A stretch of DNA of 64,000 bases from Burkholderiales bacterium (GCA_038205245.1 JBBRCD010000005.1:7659-71658), one strand, 5' to 3'; counted from the first letter of the stretch, positions 35,783 to 45,398 are shown. Notes: a model not told the origin generated them from the letters alone. Program-made: numbers and translations.

Positions 35783-36761
35783 GCCCTCCGTTGCCTTCGC
35801 TCCCCTCCGCGGCTCCACCTCCGGTTCCGTCTCCGGTCTCGGCGCTGTCCCTGTTCCGGACTCGCCGCTGCCGCAGGCGCTGCGGGCATTCGCCGCCCGC
35901 ACGGCGGGGGTCGGTCCGGTGGCCCTGTCCTCGATCCCGTCGGTGTTCCGCGCCGGCGAACTGCCCGCGAACATCGCGCCCGGCATCCCGACCGGGTTTC
36001 CCGATCTGGACGCCGAGATTCCCGGTGGCGGCTGGCCGGTGGCGGCGCTGACCGAAATCCTGTCGGACGCCTGCGGTATCGGTGAGGTGTCGCTGCTGCT
36101 GCCGGCGCTGCGCCATCTGACCCGCTCGGCCGACTGGCGCGGACGCGGGCTGCTGCTGATCGATCCGCCGCACATGCCTTATGCACCGGCACTGGCGGCG
36201 GCCGGCATCGACCTGGAGGCGCTGGCGATACTGCGGCCCCGGAGCGAAGACGATGCGCTGTGGGCGGCCGAGCAGGCGCTGCGCAGCGGGGCGGCCGGTG
36301 CGGTGCTGCTGTGGGCACGCCCTGCGCGCGGCAGCGACAGCGCGCAGCGCTACCAGCGGTTGCGCCGGCTGCAGCTCGCCGCCGCCGCTGGCGGTGGTCT
36401 GGGCATCGTTTTCTCAGCCAGCTGTGCGGCGACCCTGTCGACACCGGCGGCCTTGCGGCTGGCACTGAGCGTCACTGCGGAAGGGGCGCTGGCGGTGAGT
36501 CTGTGCAAGCGGCGCGGGCTGGCGCGGCCGAAGACGGTGACCCTCAGGGCGCGCCGGCTGCCGCAGCCGTATCTGGCCGGGCAGGCACTGCGGCCGCGCG
36601 CGCTGGCGGCAGGTCAGATGGCGGGCGGTGCGGTGCCAGTCGATCCGTCCGGCGCCGGTCTGCCTGGCCGGATCGCACATTCGGTGGCGGCGGTGGGGGC
36701 TGCGCTTCGCGCGGCTTCGGTCCGTCTGACGCGCGAGCGTGAGTTCACCCCGTCGCGATGA
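35781..36761 (+). CDS. imuA: translesion-synthesis-associated protein ImuA (RecA/SulA-like)
   Basis: The block IPTGFPDLDAEIPGGGWPVAALTEIL is typical of ImuA. First gene of the imuA-imuB-dnaE2 cassette. The N-terminus is about 30 aa longer than usual, so an internal GTG near 35919 is possible. Confidence 0.8.
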   Translation: MPSVAFAPLRGSTSGSVSGLGAVPVPDSPLPQALRAFAARTAGVGPVALSSIPSVFRAGELPANIAPGIPTGFPDLDAEIPGGGWPVAALTEILSDACGIGEVSLLLPALRHLTRSADWRGRGLLLIDPPHMPYAPALAAAGIDLEALAILRPRSEDDALWAAEQALRSGAAGAVLLWARPARGSDSAQRYQRLRRLQLAAAAGGGLGIVFSASCAATLSTPAALRLALSVTAEGALAVSLCKRRGLARPKTVTLRARRLPQPYLAGQALRPRALAAGQMAGGAVPVDPSGAGLPGRIAHSVAAVGAALRAASVRLTREREFTPSR

Positions 36762-36788
36762 TGCCGGCGCAGCCACTGGATATCGACC

Positions 36789-38330
36789 GTGTCATCGACC
36801 CTGTTGTGGATTGCACTCTATCTACCCGAACTGCCTCTGGAGGCGGTCAATCGTGCCCAGTCGGGCAGTGGGGGGCTGGGTGGGATTTCGAGTGACCGTG
36901 CCAGCGGCGCGCTGATCCTCGACCTGCCGCTGGCGGTGAGCGACGGCCCGGGCAACAGGCCGTTCGTGCTGGCCGTCAATGCACCGGCACATGCCGCCGG
37001 CGTTTGTGTCGGCATGAGCGTCGCGGCGGCCAATGCGCTTGTCACCGGACTGGTCGTGCTGCCGCGCGCTGCCGAGCGCGAGCAGCAGGCGATCGCGCAG
37101 GTCGCGGCCTGGGCTGCACAGTTCACCCCATCGGTGGTGCTCGAGCGCGCCGGGGTGCTGCTCGAAGTCTCGGCCAGTCTCAAACTGTTCGGTGGTCTCG
37201 CGCGGCTGCTCGGACAGTTGCGCACCGGTCTCACCGAACTGGGCTTTCGCGCTGCCTTCGGTGTGGCGCCGACACCGCGTGCGGCCTGGCTGCTCGCGCG
37301 TGCCGGGCACCGGCAGACCGGCGTACGTGCCTGCCTCGAGCCGGGCGATCTGGCCGCGCGTCTCGCCGGGTTGCCGCTCGAACTGCTCGACTGGCCGCGC
37401 GAGACCCTCGATGCGCTGGCGGTGCTGGGTATCAGCCGTATAGGCGAGGCGACTGCGCTGCCACGCGAGGGCTTCCGGCGCCGCTTCGGTGCGCCAGCAT
37501 CGATCGATCTGGATCGTGCCCTGGGCCGTGCCGCCGATCCGCGGGTGTGCTTCGCGTTGCCCGAGCGCTTCGATGCGCGTATCGATCTGCTGAGCGAGGT
37601 CAACGACACCGCGCTGCTCGATGTGCCGCTCACGCGCATGCTCGCGGCAATGGAAGGTTTTCTGCGCGCGCGCGGGGCCGGTGCGCTGCAGGTCGAAGTC
37701 GAGCTCGAGCATGGCCGTTCGATGCCACCGACGCTGCTTGCGGTCGGCGCGCATGCGCCCGAGCGTGCCCGTGTCCGCTGGCGCCGGCTGCTGCGCGAGC
37801 GGCTTGACCGGCTCGAACTCAAGGCTACGGTGAGCGCGGTGTCGATCAAGGTGGCGACATTGCATGGCTTCGGCGAACAGAGCACCAGCTTCCTGCCCGA
37901 TGCGACGCGGCGTGCGCAGTCCTGGCGCGAACTCACCGAGCGGCTCGCCTCCCGGCTCGAGCCCGGCGCGATGTTCACCGTGGCGCTGCGCGATGACCAT
38001 CGCCCGGAGCAGGCCTGGTATCGCGCCGATGCCCGGCTGCCGCCACCCGCGGCGCGCCAGCTGCATGAATCGCCAGCCGGCGCACTCGGTGCACGGCCGG
38101 TGTTCCTGCTCGAGCGGCCGCGCGCGCTCATCTGTGCCGAAGCCCGCCCGCAGTATCAGGGTGCACTGGAGATGATCAGCGGGCCGGAGCGGATCGAAGC
38201 CGGCTGGTGGGATGGCCGGGCCGCGGCGCGTGACTACTTCGTCGCGCGCAACCGTTGTGGCGAGGTGTGCTGGATCTATCGTGAGCCGGTCGATCCGTCG
38301 CGCTGGTATCTGCATGGCGTGTTCGGCTAG
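36789..38330 (+). CDS. imuB: Y-family polymerase-like protein ImuB
   Basis: 513 aa. N-terminal LWIALYLPELPLEAV is typical of ImuB. Sits between imuA and dnaE2. Confidence 0.85.
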   Translation: MSSTLLWIALYLPELPLEAVNRAQSGSGGLGGISSDRASGALILDLPLAVSDGPGNRPFVLAVNAPAHAAGVCVGMSVAAANALVTGLVVLPRAAEREQQAIAQVAAWAAQFTPSVVLERAGVLLEVSASLKLFGGLARLLGQLRTGLTELGFRAAFGVAPTPRAAWLLARAGHRQTGVRACLEPGDLAARLAGLPLELLDWPRETLDALAVLGISRIGEATALPREGFRRRFGAPASIDLDRALGRAADPRVCFALPERFDARIDLLSEVNDTALLDVPLTRMLAAMEGFLRARGAGALQVEVELEHGRSMPPTLLAVGAHAPERARVRWRRLLRERLDRLELKATVSAVSIKVATLHGFGEQSTSFLPDATRRAQSWRELTERLASRLEPGAMFTVALRDDHRPEQAWYRADARLPPPAARQLHESPAGALGARPVFLLERPRALICAEARPQYQGALEMISGPERIEAGWWDGRAAARDYFVARNRCGEVCWIYREPVDPSRWYLHGVFG

Positions 38331-38371
38331 CAGTTCAGCGCACACGCCCAACGAACGCCAGTCGCCGCAGC

Positions 38372-41300
38372 ATGTTGCCGGGCTATGCCGAACTCGACGC
38401 ACTGTCGAACTTCAGTTTCCTGCGCGCGGCCTCGCATCCGGAGGAACTGGTCGCGCAGGCCTCGGCCCTGGGCTATCGCGCGCTGGCGATCGTCGACGAG
38501 TGTTCGGTGTCCGGTGTGGTGCGCGCCCATCTGGCGGCGAAGGACTGCGCGCTGGCGCTGATCGTCGGTGCGCAGTTCAGGCTGGCCGACTGCACGGCGA
38601 TAGAACGGGTGATCCTGCTTGCCTGCACACGCGAGGGCTATGGCAATCTGTGCGAGCTGATCAGCCTGGCACGCGGTCGCGCGCCCAAGGGCAACTACCG
38701 GCTGCAGCTCGCCGATCTGCTGCGGGGGCTTGATCAGTGTCTGGCGATCGTGCTGCTGGCTGCCCCGGAGACGGTGGCGGCCGAGACCGAGACCGAGACC
38801 GCCGACTCACCCGCGGGACCTGCCGTGCACGATGCGCTCGGGCTGCTCGCCCGCGCTTTCCCCGGCGACTGCTGGCTCGGCGTCGCGCTGGTGCAAAGTG
38901 CGGACGATGGCGCGCGGCTTGCGCACGCGCTGCAACTGGCGGCCGAACTGCAGCTGCCGTTGACTGCCTGCGGTGCAGTGCAGATGCACCGGCGAGAACG
39001 CAAGCCGCTGCATGATGTGCTGACCGCCATCCGCGCGCTGACACCGCTCACCGAGCTCGGCCGCCGGGTGCTGCCCAATGCCGAACGCTGCCTGCGCCCG
39101 ATCGGCCGGCTGATGCAGCTCTATCCGCCCGAGCTGCTGGCGCAGACGATGGCGATCGCCGAACGCTGCACCTTCTCGCTCGATGAGTTGCGCTACGAGT
39201 ATCCGCGCGAGCTGGTGCCGCAGGGGCGCAGCGCGAGCGCCTGGCTGCGCGAGCTGACCTTCGACGGACTCGCGCTGCGCTATCCGCACGGCGCATCCGA
39301 TGCGGTGCTGAAGTTGATCGAGCATGAGCTCGCGCTCATTGCCGAGCTGAAGTACGAGGCCTACTTCCTCACCGTGCATGACATCGTGCGTTTCGCGCGC
39401 GGCCGCGGCATCCTGTGCCAGGGGCGCGGCTCGGCGGCGAACTCGGCGGTCTGCTATGCACTGGGTATCACCGAGGTCGACCCGGGACGCATGCAGGTGC
39501 TGTTCGAGCGCTTCATCTCCAAGGAGCGCAACGAGCCGCCCGATATCGATGTCGACTTCGAGCATCAGCGGCGCGAAGAGGTGATGCAGTACCTGTACGC
39601 GAAGTACGGGCGCGATCGCGCCGCGCTGACTGCAGCGCTGTCCACTTACCGGCCACGCTCGGCGCTGCGTGATGTGGGCAAGGCGTTCGGCTTGTCGCTC
39701 GACCAGATCGACCGATTGACGAAGACGCTCGCCTGGTGGGATGGACGCGAGGTGGCGCGCGAGCGGCTGGTCGAGGCTGGCTTCGACCCGGACAATCCGC
39801 TGCTCGTGCAGGTGGTCGAGTTCGCGCATCTGCTGGTCGGCTTTCCCCGCCATCTGTCGCAGCACAGCGGCGGCTTCGTCATTGCGCGCGACCGGCTGAC
39901 CCGGCTGGTGCCGGTTGAGAACGCGGCGATGGACGGGCGCACGGTGATCCAGTGGGACAAGGACGATCTGGATGCGCTCGGCCTGCTCAAGATCGATGTG
40001 CTGGCGCTGGGCATGCTCACTGCGGTGAGAAAGACGCTCGATGCCCTGAATGCATTCGGGGTACCGTCACCGGAGGGCGGGGCGAGGCACGTTTCGGGTA
40101 CAGACCCCGTATCGGATCCCGCATCACATCCTGCATCACATCCTGCATCACATCCTGTAACGTCCGCAGCCTGGCGTCTGCAGGACATCCCGGCCGAGGA
40201 TGCCGCCACCTACGCGATGATCCAGCGCGCCGACACCATCGGCGTGTTTCAGATCGAGTCGCGTGCACAGATGTCGATGCTGCCGCGGCTGAAGCCGGCC
40301 TGCTTCTACGATCTGGTGATCGAGGTGGCGATCGTGCGCCCCGGGCCGATCCAGGGCGGCATGGTGCATCCGTACCTGCGCCGGCGGCAGGGCCGGGAGC
40401 CGGTCACCTATCCATCGGCGGCGGTGAAGGGCGTGCTCGAGCGCACGCTGGGCATCTCGATCTTCCAGGAGCAGGTGATGCAACTGGTGGTGGTGGCCGC
40501 CGGCTTCACCGCCGGTGAGGCCGACCGGGTGCGCCGGGCGATGGCCGCCTGGCGGCGCAAGGGGGGGCTTGAGCCGTTTCGCGACAAGCTGCTCGCCGGA
40601 ATGCTGGCGCGCGGCTACAGCGCGAGCTATGCCGAGCAGATATTCCAGCAGATTCTCGGCTTCGGCGAGTATGGTTTTCCCGAGTCGCATGCGGCGAGCT
40701 TTGCGCTGCTGGTGTATGTGTCGTGCTGGCTGAAGTGCCATCACCCGGCAGCCTTCGCCTGCGGGCTGCTCAACTCGCAGCCGCTGGGCTTCTATGCGCC
40801 CTCGCAGATCGTGCAGGATGTGAAACGGCATGGCGTGCAGGTGCATGCGCCCGATGTGCTGGTGAGCGGATGGGATTGCGTGCTGGAGGCGGCGGTCGAT
40901 GCGCAGGCGAGATCAGGTGCACTGTCGGCTGCGGCGCCGGAAGTAACACCGGTAGCACTGGTAACACCGGTAGCACCGGAACCGACATCGGCGCCGGGCA
41001 CGCTGCCTGGGGTGGCACCTCACCTGGTGCCGGGTCCGGCATTGAGACTCGGCCTGCGCATGATCAAGGGATTGAGCGAGGCCGGGGCTGCGCGGCTGGT
41101 GGCCGCGCGCGCGCAGTCACCGTTCAGCGATGTCGCCGATCTCGCGCGCCGCGCACAGTTGCAGCGCACCGACATCAACGCGCTGGCCGCGGCCGATGCA
41201 CTCGTCTCGCTCGCCGGGCATCGGCGCGAGGCGTGGTGGCAGGCGCTGGGTTTCGATGGCGATACGGCATTGACACGGTCGCCGCGCGATGCCGTGCAGC

Positions 41301-41737
41301 CGTCGCTGTTCGAACCGCGCGAAGGCGAGCAGGTGGTGCTCGACTACGCCACGCTCGGGCTCACGCTGCGCAGTCATCCGCTCGCGCTGTTGCGCCCGTT
41401 GCTGACTGCGCGCCGCATGTCCACTGCCGAGGCGCTGCGCAGTTCGCGCAACGGGCAGACGATGCGCGTGTGCGGCATCGTCACCTGCCGCCAGCGTCCG
41501 TCCACCGCCAGCGGGGTGGTGTTCGTCACCCTGGAGGACGAGACCGGCTACATCAATGTCGTGGTCTGGCCGGCGCTGGTCGAGCGTCAACGCCGCGAAC
41601 TGCTCGCCTCACGGCTGATGACCGTCTACGGCCAGGTGCAGCGCGAAGGTGAAGTCATCCATCTGGTGGCGGGCCGGCTGGTCGATGACAGTCGGCTGCT
41701 CGGGCGGCTCACTACCCAGTCGCGCGACTTCAGCTAA
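38372..41737 (+). CDS. dnaE2: error-prone DNA polymerase DnaE2 (ImuC)
   Basis: 1121 aa. PHP N-terminus YAELDALSNFSFLRAASHPEEL and Pol III alpha core blocks (GRGSAANSAVCYALGIT, DIDVDFEH, HSGGFVI). Confidence 0.95.
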   Translation: MLPGYAELDALSNFSFLRAASHPEELVAQASALGYRALAIVDECSVSGVVRAHLAAKDCALALIVGAQFRLADCTAIERVILLACTREGYGNLCELISLARGRAPKGNYRLQLADLLRGLDQCLAIVLLAAPETVAAETETETADSPAGPAVHDALGLLARAFPGDCWLGVALVQSADDGARLAHALQLAAELQLPLTACGAVQMHRRERKPLHDVLTAIRALTPLTELGRRVLPNAERCLRPIGRLMQLYPPELLAQTMAIAERCTFSLDELRYEYPRELVPQGRSASAWLRELTFDGLALRYPHGASDAVLKLIEHELALIAELKYEAYFLTVHDIVRFARGRGILCQGRGSAANSAVCYALGITEVDPGRMQVLFERFISKERNEPPDIDVDFEHQRREEVMQYLYAKYGRDRAALTAALSTYRPRSALRDVGKAFGLSLDQIDRLTKTLAWWDGREVARERLVEAGFDPDNPLLVQVVEFAHLLVGFPRHLSQHSGGFVIARDRLTRLVPVENAAMDGRTVIQWDKDDLDALGLLKIDVLALGMLTAVRKTLDALNAFGVPSPEGGARHVSGTDPVSDPASHPASHPASHPVTSAAWRLQDIPAEDAATYAMIQRADTIGVFQIESRAQMSMLPRLKPACFYDLVIEVAIVRPGPIQGGMVHPYLRRRQGREPVTYPSAAVKGVLERTLGISIFQEQVMQLVVVAAGFTAGEADRVRRAMAAWRRKGGLEPFRDKLLAGMLARGYSASYAEQIFQQILGFGEYGFPESHAASFALLVYVSCWLKCHHPAAFACGLLNSQPLGFYAPSQIVQDVKRHGVQVHAPDVLVSGWDCVLEAAVDAQARSGALSAAAPEVTPVALVTPVAPEPTSAPGTLPGVAPHLVPGPALRLGLRMIKGLSEAGAARLVAARAQSPFSDVADLARRAQLQRTDINALAAADALVSLAGHRREAWWQALGFDGDTALTRSPRDAVQPSLFEPREGEQVVLDYATLGLTLRSHPLALLRPLLTARRMSTAEALRSSRNGQTMRVCGIVTCRQRPSTASGVVFVTLEDETGYINVVVWPALVERQRRELLASRLMTVYGQVQREGEVIHLVAGRLVDDSRLLGRLTTQSRDFS
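40109..40156. repeat. 12-nt in-frame tandem repeat (GCATCACATCCT x3 plus a degenerate unit)
   Basis: Encodes VSDP ASHP ASHP ASHP within dnaE2. Further in-frame repeats: GAGACC x3 at 38783-38800, and about 40940-40980. Confidence 0.9.
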
Positions 41738-41820
41738 GGAAAAGGAGGGGCAATTTCCGCCAGCGAGCCGTGCCTGGTCCCGATACGTGCCACGGAAACT
41801 GACCCCTTTTCCTCTTTTTC
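41738..41820 (+). terminator. long imperfect hairpin followed by a T-rich run, downstream of dnaE2
   Basis: GGAAAAGG (41738-45) pairs with CCTTTTCC (41805-12). CAATTTCCG (41751-59) pairs with CGGAAACTG (41793-41801). Followed by TCTTTTTCC. Confidence 0.4.
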
Positions 41821-41874
41821 CTCTCAGCCGCTCACTGCCCCTGCGACGTTGCCGTGGTTGCACACCGATCGTGC

Positions 41875-42708
41875 TTAGTCGTGTGACGGCTGCCCGCTAA
41901 CTGACAGCCCTGCTTTCGCGATCGCCTTCAATACCCCGTCTGCGATGAATGCCGGACGCTCGCCCAGGCCGACCACCAGACCCGGATCGGCGCGTGGATC
42001 GATTTCAATCACCTTGTCACCAGCGCGCACGACGGCGCCAGTGTGCACCAGACCGCGCAGGCAGCCAGAGATCGGGGCCGTGAGTACCGCGCTCTGGGTG
42101 GCGGCGCTTGCAATATGCGCGATCGCCTCGTCAGCCTCGACCCGCTCGCCGATGCGGCGCGTGGTGACGAACAGGCCGTCGATGTGTGCGGTCACGAAAC
42201 GCTGCCTGCCCAGACCGTCGATCGGGCGCGGTTCGCCAGCGAGTGGAAGACTGGCACCGGATTCGATCACCTCGCCCAGCGCCGTTCCCCATGCGGTTTC
42301 GATCACCCGGTGCGCATTGACGCCAGCGCGGAAGTTCGGCCCCAGTCCGATGGTCAGCAGCGCGAGCGCGCACTGCGATTCAGGCACTTCGCGCTTGCGC
42401 ATGCGCGCATCGACCAGCACCTGCGGGCGAATGCAGTCGAGCGCTGCCCCGAACTGCAGGTCGGTCAACGGCACCGCTCGCCCGCATCGGGCCATCAACG
42501 GCAGCGCCGGCAGGTCAGACACACGCTTGCCCAGCACGCCGGCCAGTGTGCAGCGATCCTCGAATAGTGCATCGGAGAAGGCCATGCCGCGACGTGCATG
42601 AGCTGGCCGTACGACATCATGGATGACTACTGAATGGCCAGCCGAGAACAGCCGGTGCGCCACCGCCGAGCCTACGTCGCCTGCGCCACGGATCAGCACC
42701 AAGGCCAC
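41875..42708 (-). CDS. YqeB/EF2563-like (XdhC-related) molybdenum-hydroxylase accessory family protein
   Basis: 277 aa from a GTG preceded by GGAGGG, 4 nt after the rnd stop. Begins VALVLIRGAGDVGSAVAHRLF. Resembles the selenium-dependent Mo-cofactor accessory family as I recall it. Confidence 0.65.
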   Translation of the reverse strand: MALVLIRGAGDVGSAVAHRLFSAGHSVVIHDVVRPAHARRGMAFSDALFEDRCTLAGVLGKRVSDLPALPLMARCGRAVPLTDLQFGAALDCIRPQVLVDARMRKREVPESQCALALLTIGLGPNFRAGVNAHRVIETAWGTALGEVIESGASLPLAGEPRPIDGLGRQRFVTAHIDGLFVTTRRIGERVEADEAIAHIASAATQSAVLTAPISGCLRGLVHTGAVVRAGDKVIEIDPRADPGLVVGLGERPAFIADGVLKAIAKAGLSVSGQPSHD

Positions 42709-42712
42709 GCCG

Positions 42713-43807
42713 CTAGCCCTCCAGCGCCTGACCGAGCACCTGCCCGCGCCAGCCATCGAGTTCCGGTGGTCGCTCGCCGCGCACCTGCGCTTCCAGCACA
42801 CGGCGCGAAGCGAGCAGGCCGGGGGGCAGATCGAGCTCGATCGCGCGCGCATTCACCCGTTCGCGTAGCGCCTTGAACATGCGCTCGGCTTCACCGCGGA
42901 TCGGCGCCGGTATCGGCGGCAGCAGCAGTTCGTCGGCGGAAAGCGGCGCGCCGAGCAGTTCGAACAGGCTGCCCAGCTCGCGCTTGGGGAAGCTGCGTGC
43001 ACCGGTCAGGCGTGCAGTCAGCGCCGCCAGCTGATCGGGCGGTGTTTCGATCAGGCTCGTGGCCTGCGCGTTGTCAAAGATCCACTGCCGCGGCCGGTCG
43101 ATCCGCCGCGCCAGCGCGTCTCGCCACAGCAGAAGACGACGCAATCGCGCCTGCTGCTCGACTGGCGCCTTCGACAGCGCAGTGAACGACAGATGCGGCT
43201 GCGGGTCATCCGCATCGAAGCCCTGCGCGAGCCGGTCGCAGTCTTCCTGGCACCAGTCGAGCATGTTGCGCTGGTCCAGGCGGCCGAGCAGCGCATCATG
43301 CAGCGCGGGCAGATGCAGCACATCGATCGCTGCATAGCGCAACTGGTCGGCCGACAGCGGCCGGCGCAACCAGTCAGAGCGCGTTTCGCCTTTCTCGATG
43401 TCGATGCCAAGCTCCAGCGCGACCAGCTTCTGATAGCCCAGGCCCGCGCCCAGACCGGCAAAGGCGGCCGCGATCTGGGTGTCGAACAGGGCGGCAAGCG
43501 GCGCCTGCGAGATCGGGGCGAGTGCCACCAGATCTTCGCTTGCGCTGTGCATGATCTTCACGCAGGCGGGCGAGCGCAGCAGTGCCCCCAGGGCATCGAG
43601 CGGCGCGCAGGGTTTCGGGTCGATCAGCCAGGCCACCTCGTTCGGCCGGCCAAGCTGCACCAGTGCAAGTTCCGGGTAGAACGTGTTGACCCGCATGAAC
43701 TCGGTGTCCAGGCCAACGCGTGCCAGATCGTCGCTGGCGCGGCTGCCCGCATCGAGCGAGGCGAGGGCTGCCTCGAAGGCGGCGGGTGAGTCTAGCCATT
43801 CATACAT
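42713..43807 (-). CDS. rnd: ribonuclease D
   Basis: 364 aa from MYEWLDSPAAFEAAL. DEDD exonuclease motif VGLDTEFMR and an HRDC-containing C-terminus. Confidence 0.9.
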   Translation of the reverse strand: MYEWLDSPAAFEAALASLDAGSRASDDLARVGLDTEFMRVNTFYPELALVQLGRPNEVAWLIDPKPCAPLDALGALLRSPACVKIMHSASEDLVALAPISQAPLAALFDTQIAAAFAGLGAGLGYQKLVALELGIDIEKGETRSDWLRRPLSADQLRYAAIDVLHLPALHDALLGRLDQRNMLDWCQEDCDRLAQGFDADDPQPHLSFTALSKAPVEQQARLRRLLLWRDALARRIDRPRQWIFDNAQATSLIETPPDQLAALTARLTGARSFPKRELGSLFELLGAPLSADELLLPPIPAPIRGEAERMFKALRERVNARAIELDLPPGLLASRRVLEAQVRGERPPELDGWRGQVLGQALEG

Positions 43808-43890
43808 GGCCGATGATAGCGCCAACCCTGGCCGGCACGGCGCCTGCAGCGGCAATGCCACGCGTGGACACGGCTCGTGCCGGTCGGCAA

Positions 43891-43950
43891 CACGTGGGTC
43901 AGCACCACGTGGGTCAGCACCACGTGGGTCAGCACCAACTCGGTCAGCAC
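43891..43950. repeat. 15-nt tandem repeat CACGTGGGTCAGCAC x3 plus one degenerate unit
   Basis: Three perfect units at 43891, 43906 and 43921, each containing the palindrome CACGTG. Fourth unit is CAACTCGGTCAGCAC. Confidence 0.95.
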
Positions 43951-44100
43951 GGTCAGAACCGTGTCGATCGTGACAGCCAGTTGTCCATCTGGCTACACTC
44001 TGTGCTGCGGCGGGCCGAGCGGTCCGTCCAGAACAAAGTCTGCAACGCCAAGAGCGGTCACCGGCGGCAGCCAGATCGACGCCCATGTGAGGAGTGCACG

Positions 44101-45297
44101 ATGAATCAGCCCAAAGCATCTGACCCAATCGATCTGAAGCCGGCCGCAGCCACCGATGCGCCTTCGGCGAGCGACGGCACTGGCGCAACGGCCGGTAGCC
44201 GGCGCGGATTTCTGACCGGTGCTGCCGCCTCGGTGGCCGCGGCATCGACTGCGATCATCGGCGCACCGGCCATTGCGCAGACGACCCCAGCGGTTCGCTG
44301 GCGCATGCAGTCGAGCTTTCCCAAGAGTCTCGACACCCTGTTCGGCGCCGCCCAGATGTTCTGCGAGCGCATCGACCGGCTGACCAGTGGCCGCTTCCAG
44401 ATCCGCCCATTTGCCGCCGGCGAAATCGTCGGCGGCCTTCAGGTGCTGGACGCCGTGCAGAACGGCACCATCGAGATGGGTCACACCGCGAGTTACTACT
44501 ACATCGGGCGCAACCGGGCGCTCGCATTCGACACCGCGGTGCCGTTCGGACTGAACGCGCGCCAGCAGAACGCCTGGATGTACTACGGCGGCGGGATGGA
44601 ACTGATCCGGGAACTGATGCGCGAGTACAACATCATGAGCTTTCCGGCTGGCAACACCGGCACCCAGATGGGCGGCTGGTTCCGGCGCGAGATCCGCACG
44701 CTCAAGGACATGGTGGGGCTGCGCTTTCGTATCCCTGGACTGGCCGGCGAGATGCTGTCGCGCATCGGCGTGCTGCCTCAGGTGATCGCGCCGGCAGATA
44801 TCTATCCGGCCCTCGAGCGTGGAACGATCGATGCCACTGAGTTCGTCGGGCCCTATGACGACGAGCGTCTGGGGCTGGCCAAAGTCACCAAGTTCTACTA
44901 CTACCCTGGCTTCTGGGAAGGCGGCGCCCAGCTCTCGATGTATGTCGGCCTGAAGGAATGGGAGAAGCTCCCGCGCGAGTTCCAGCAGGCGATCGATGTC
45001 GCCTCGGCCGAGATCAACGTCAACATGCTGGCCGAGTACGATGCGAAGAATCCGCCGGCGCTGGCGCGCATCCAGAAGACCGGCGTTCAGGTGCGCGCGT
45101 TCCCGGTCGAGGTGATGCAGGCGGCGCAGAAGGCGGCCTTCGCGATGTATGACGAAGAGGCAGCGAAGAACCCGTCGTTTGCGAAGATCTACGCCAACTG
45201 GCGTGCGTTCCGGGAGGCGCAGCACAGCTGGCACCGTACGGCCGATCTCACCTACGACAGTTTCGTGCTGAACAATCCGGTGGCGGCGAAGAAGTAG
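44101..45297 (+). CDS. TRAP transporter substrate-binding protein (DctP-type, Tat signal)
   Basis: 398 aa from MNQPKAS with GAGGAG upstream. Twin-arginine signal SRRGFLTGAAA. Mature part typical of the COG4663-type TRAP binding component. Confidence 0.9.
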   Translation: MNQPKASDPIDLKPAAATDAPSASDGTGATAGSRRGFLTGAAASVAAASTAIIGAPAIAQTTPAVRWRMQSSFPKSLDTLFGAAQMFCERIDRLTSGRFQIRPFAAGEIVGGLQVLDAVQNGTIEMGHTASYYYIGRNRALAFDTAVPFGLNARQQNAWMYYGGGMELIRELMREYNIMSFPAGNTGTQMGGWFRREIRTLKDMVGLRFRIPGLAGEMLSRIGVLPQVIAPADIYPALERGTIDATEFVGPYDDERLGLAKVTKFYYYPGFWEGGAQLSMYVGLKEWEKLPREFQQAIDVASAEINVNMLAEYDAKNPPALARIQKTGVQVRAFPVEVMQAAQKAAFAMYDEEAAKNPSFAKIYANWRAFREAQHSWHRTADLTYDSFVLNNPVAAKK

Positions 45298-45398
45298 CGT
45301 GTCAATTCGGTAGATCCAGTACGGACAGGAAAGGCTTGTCCCCGGTACAGCTTGTCCCCGGTGACCGTGTGGTCGGCCCTGGCAGCGAGGCGCGAACT

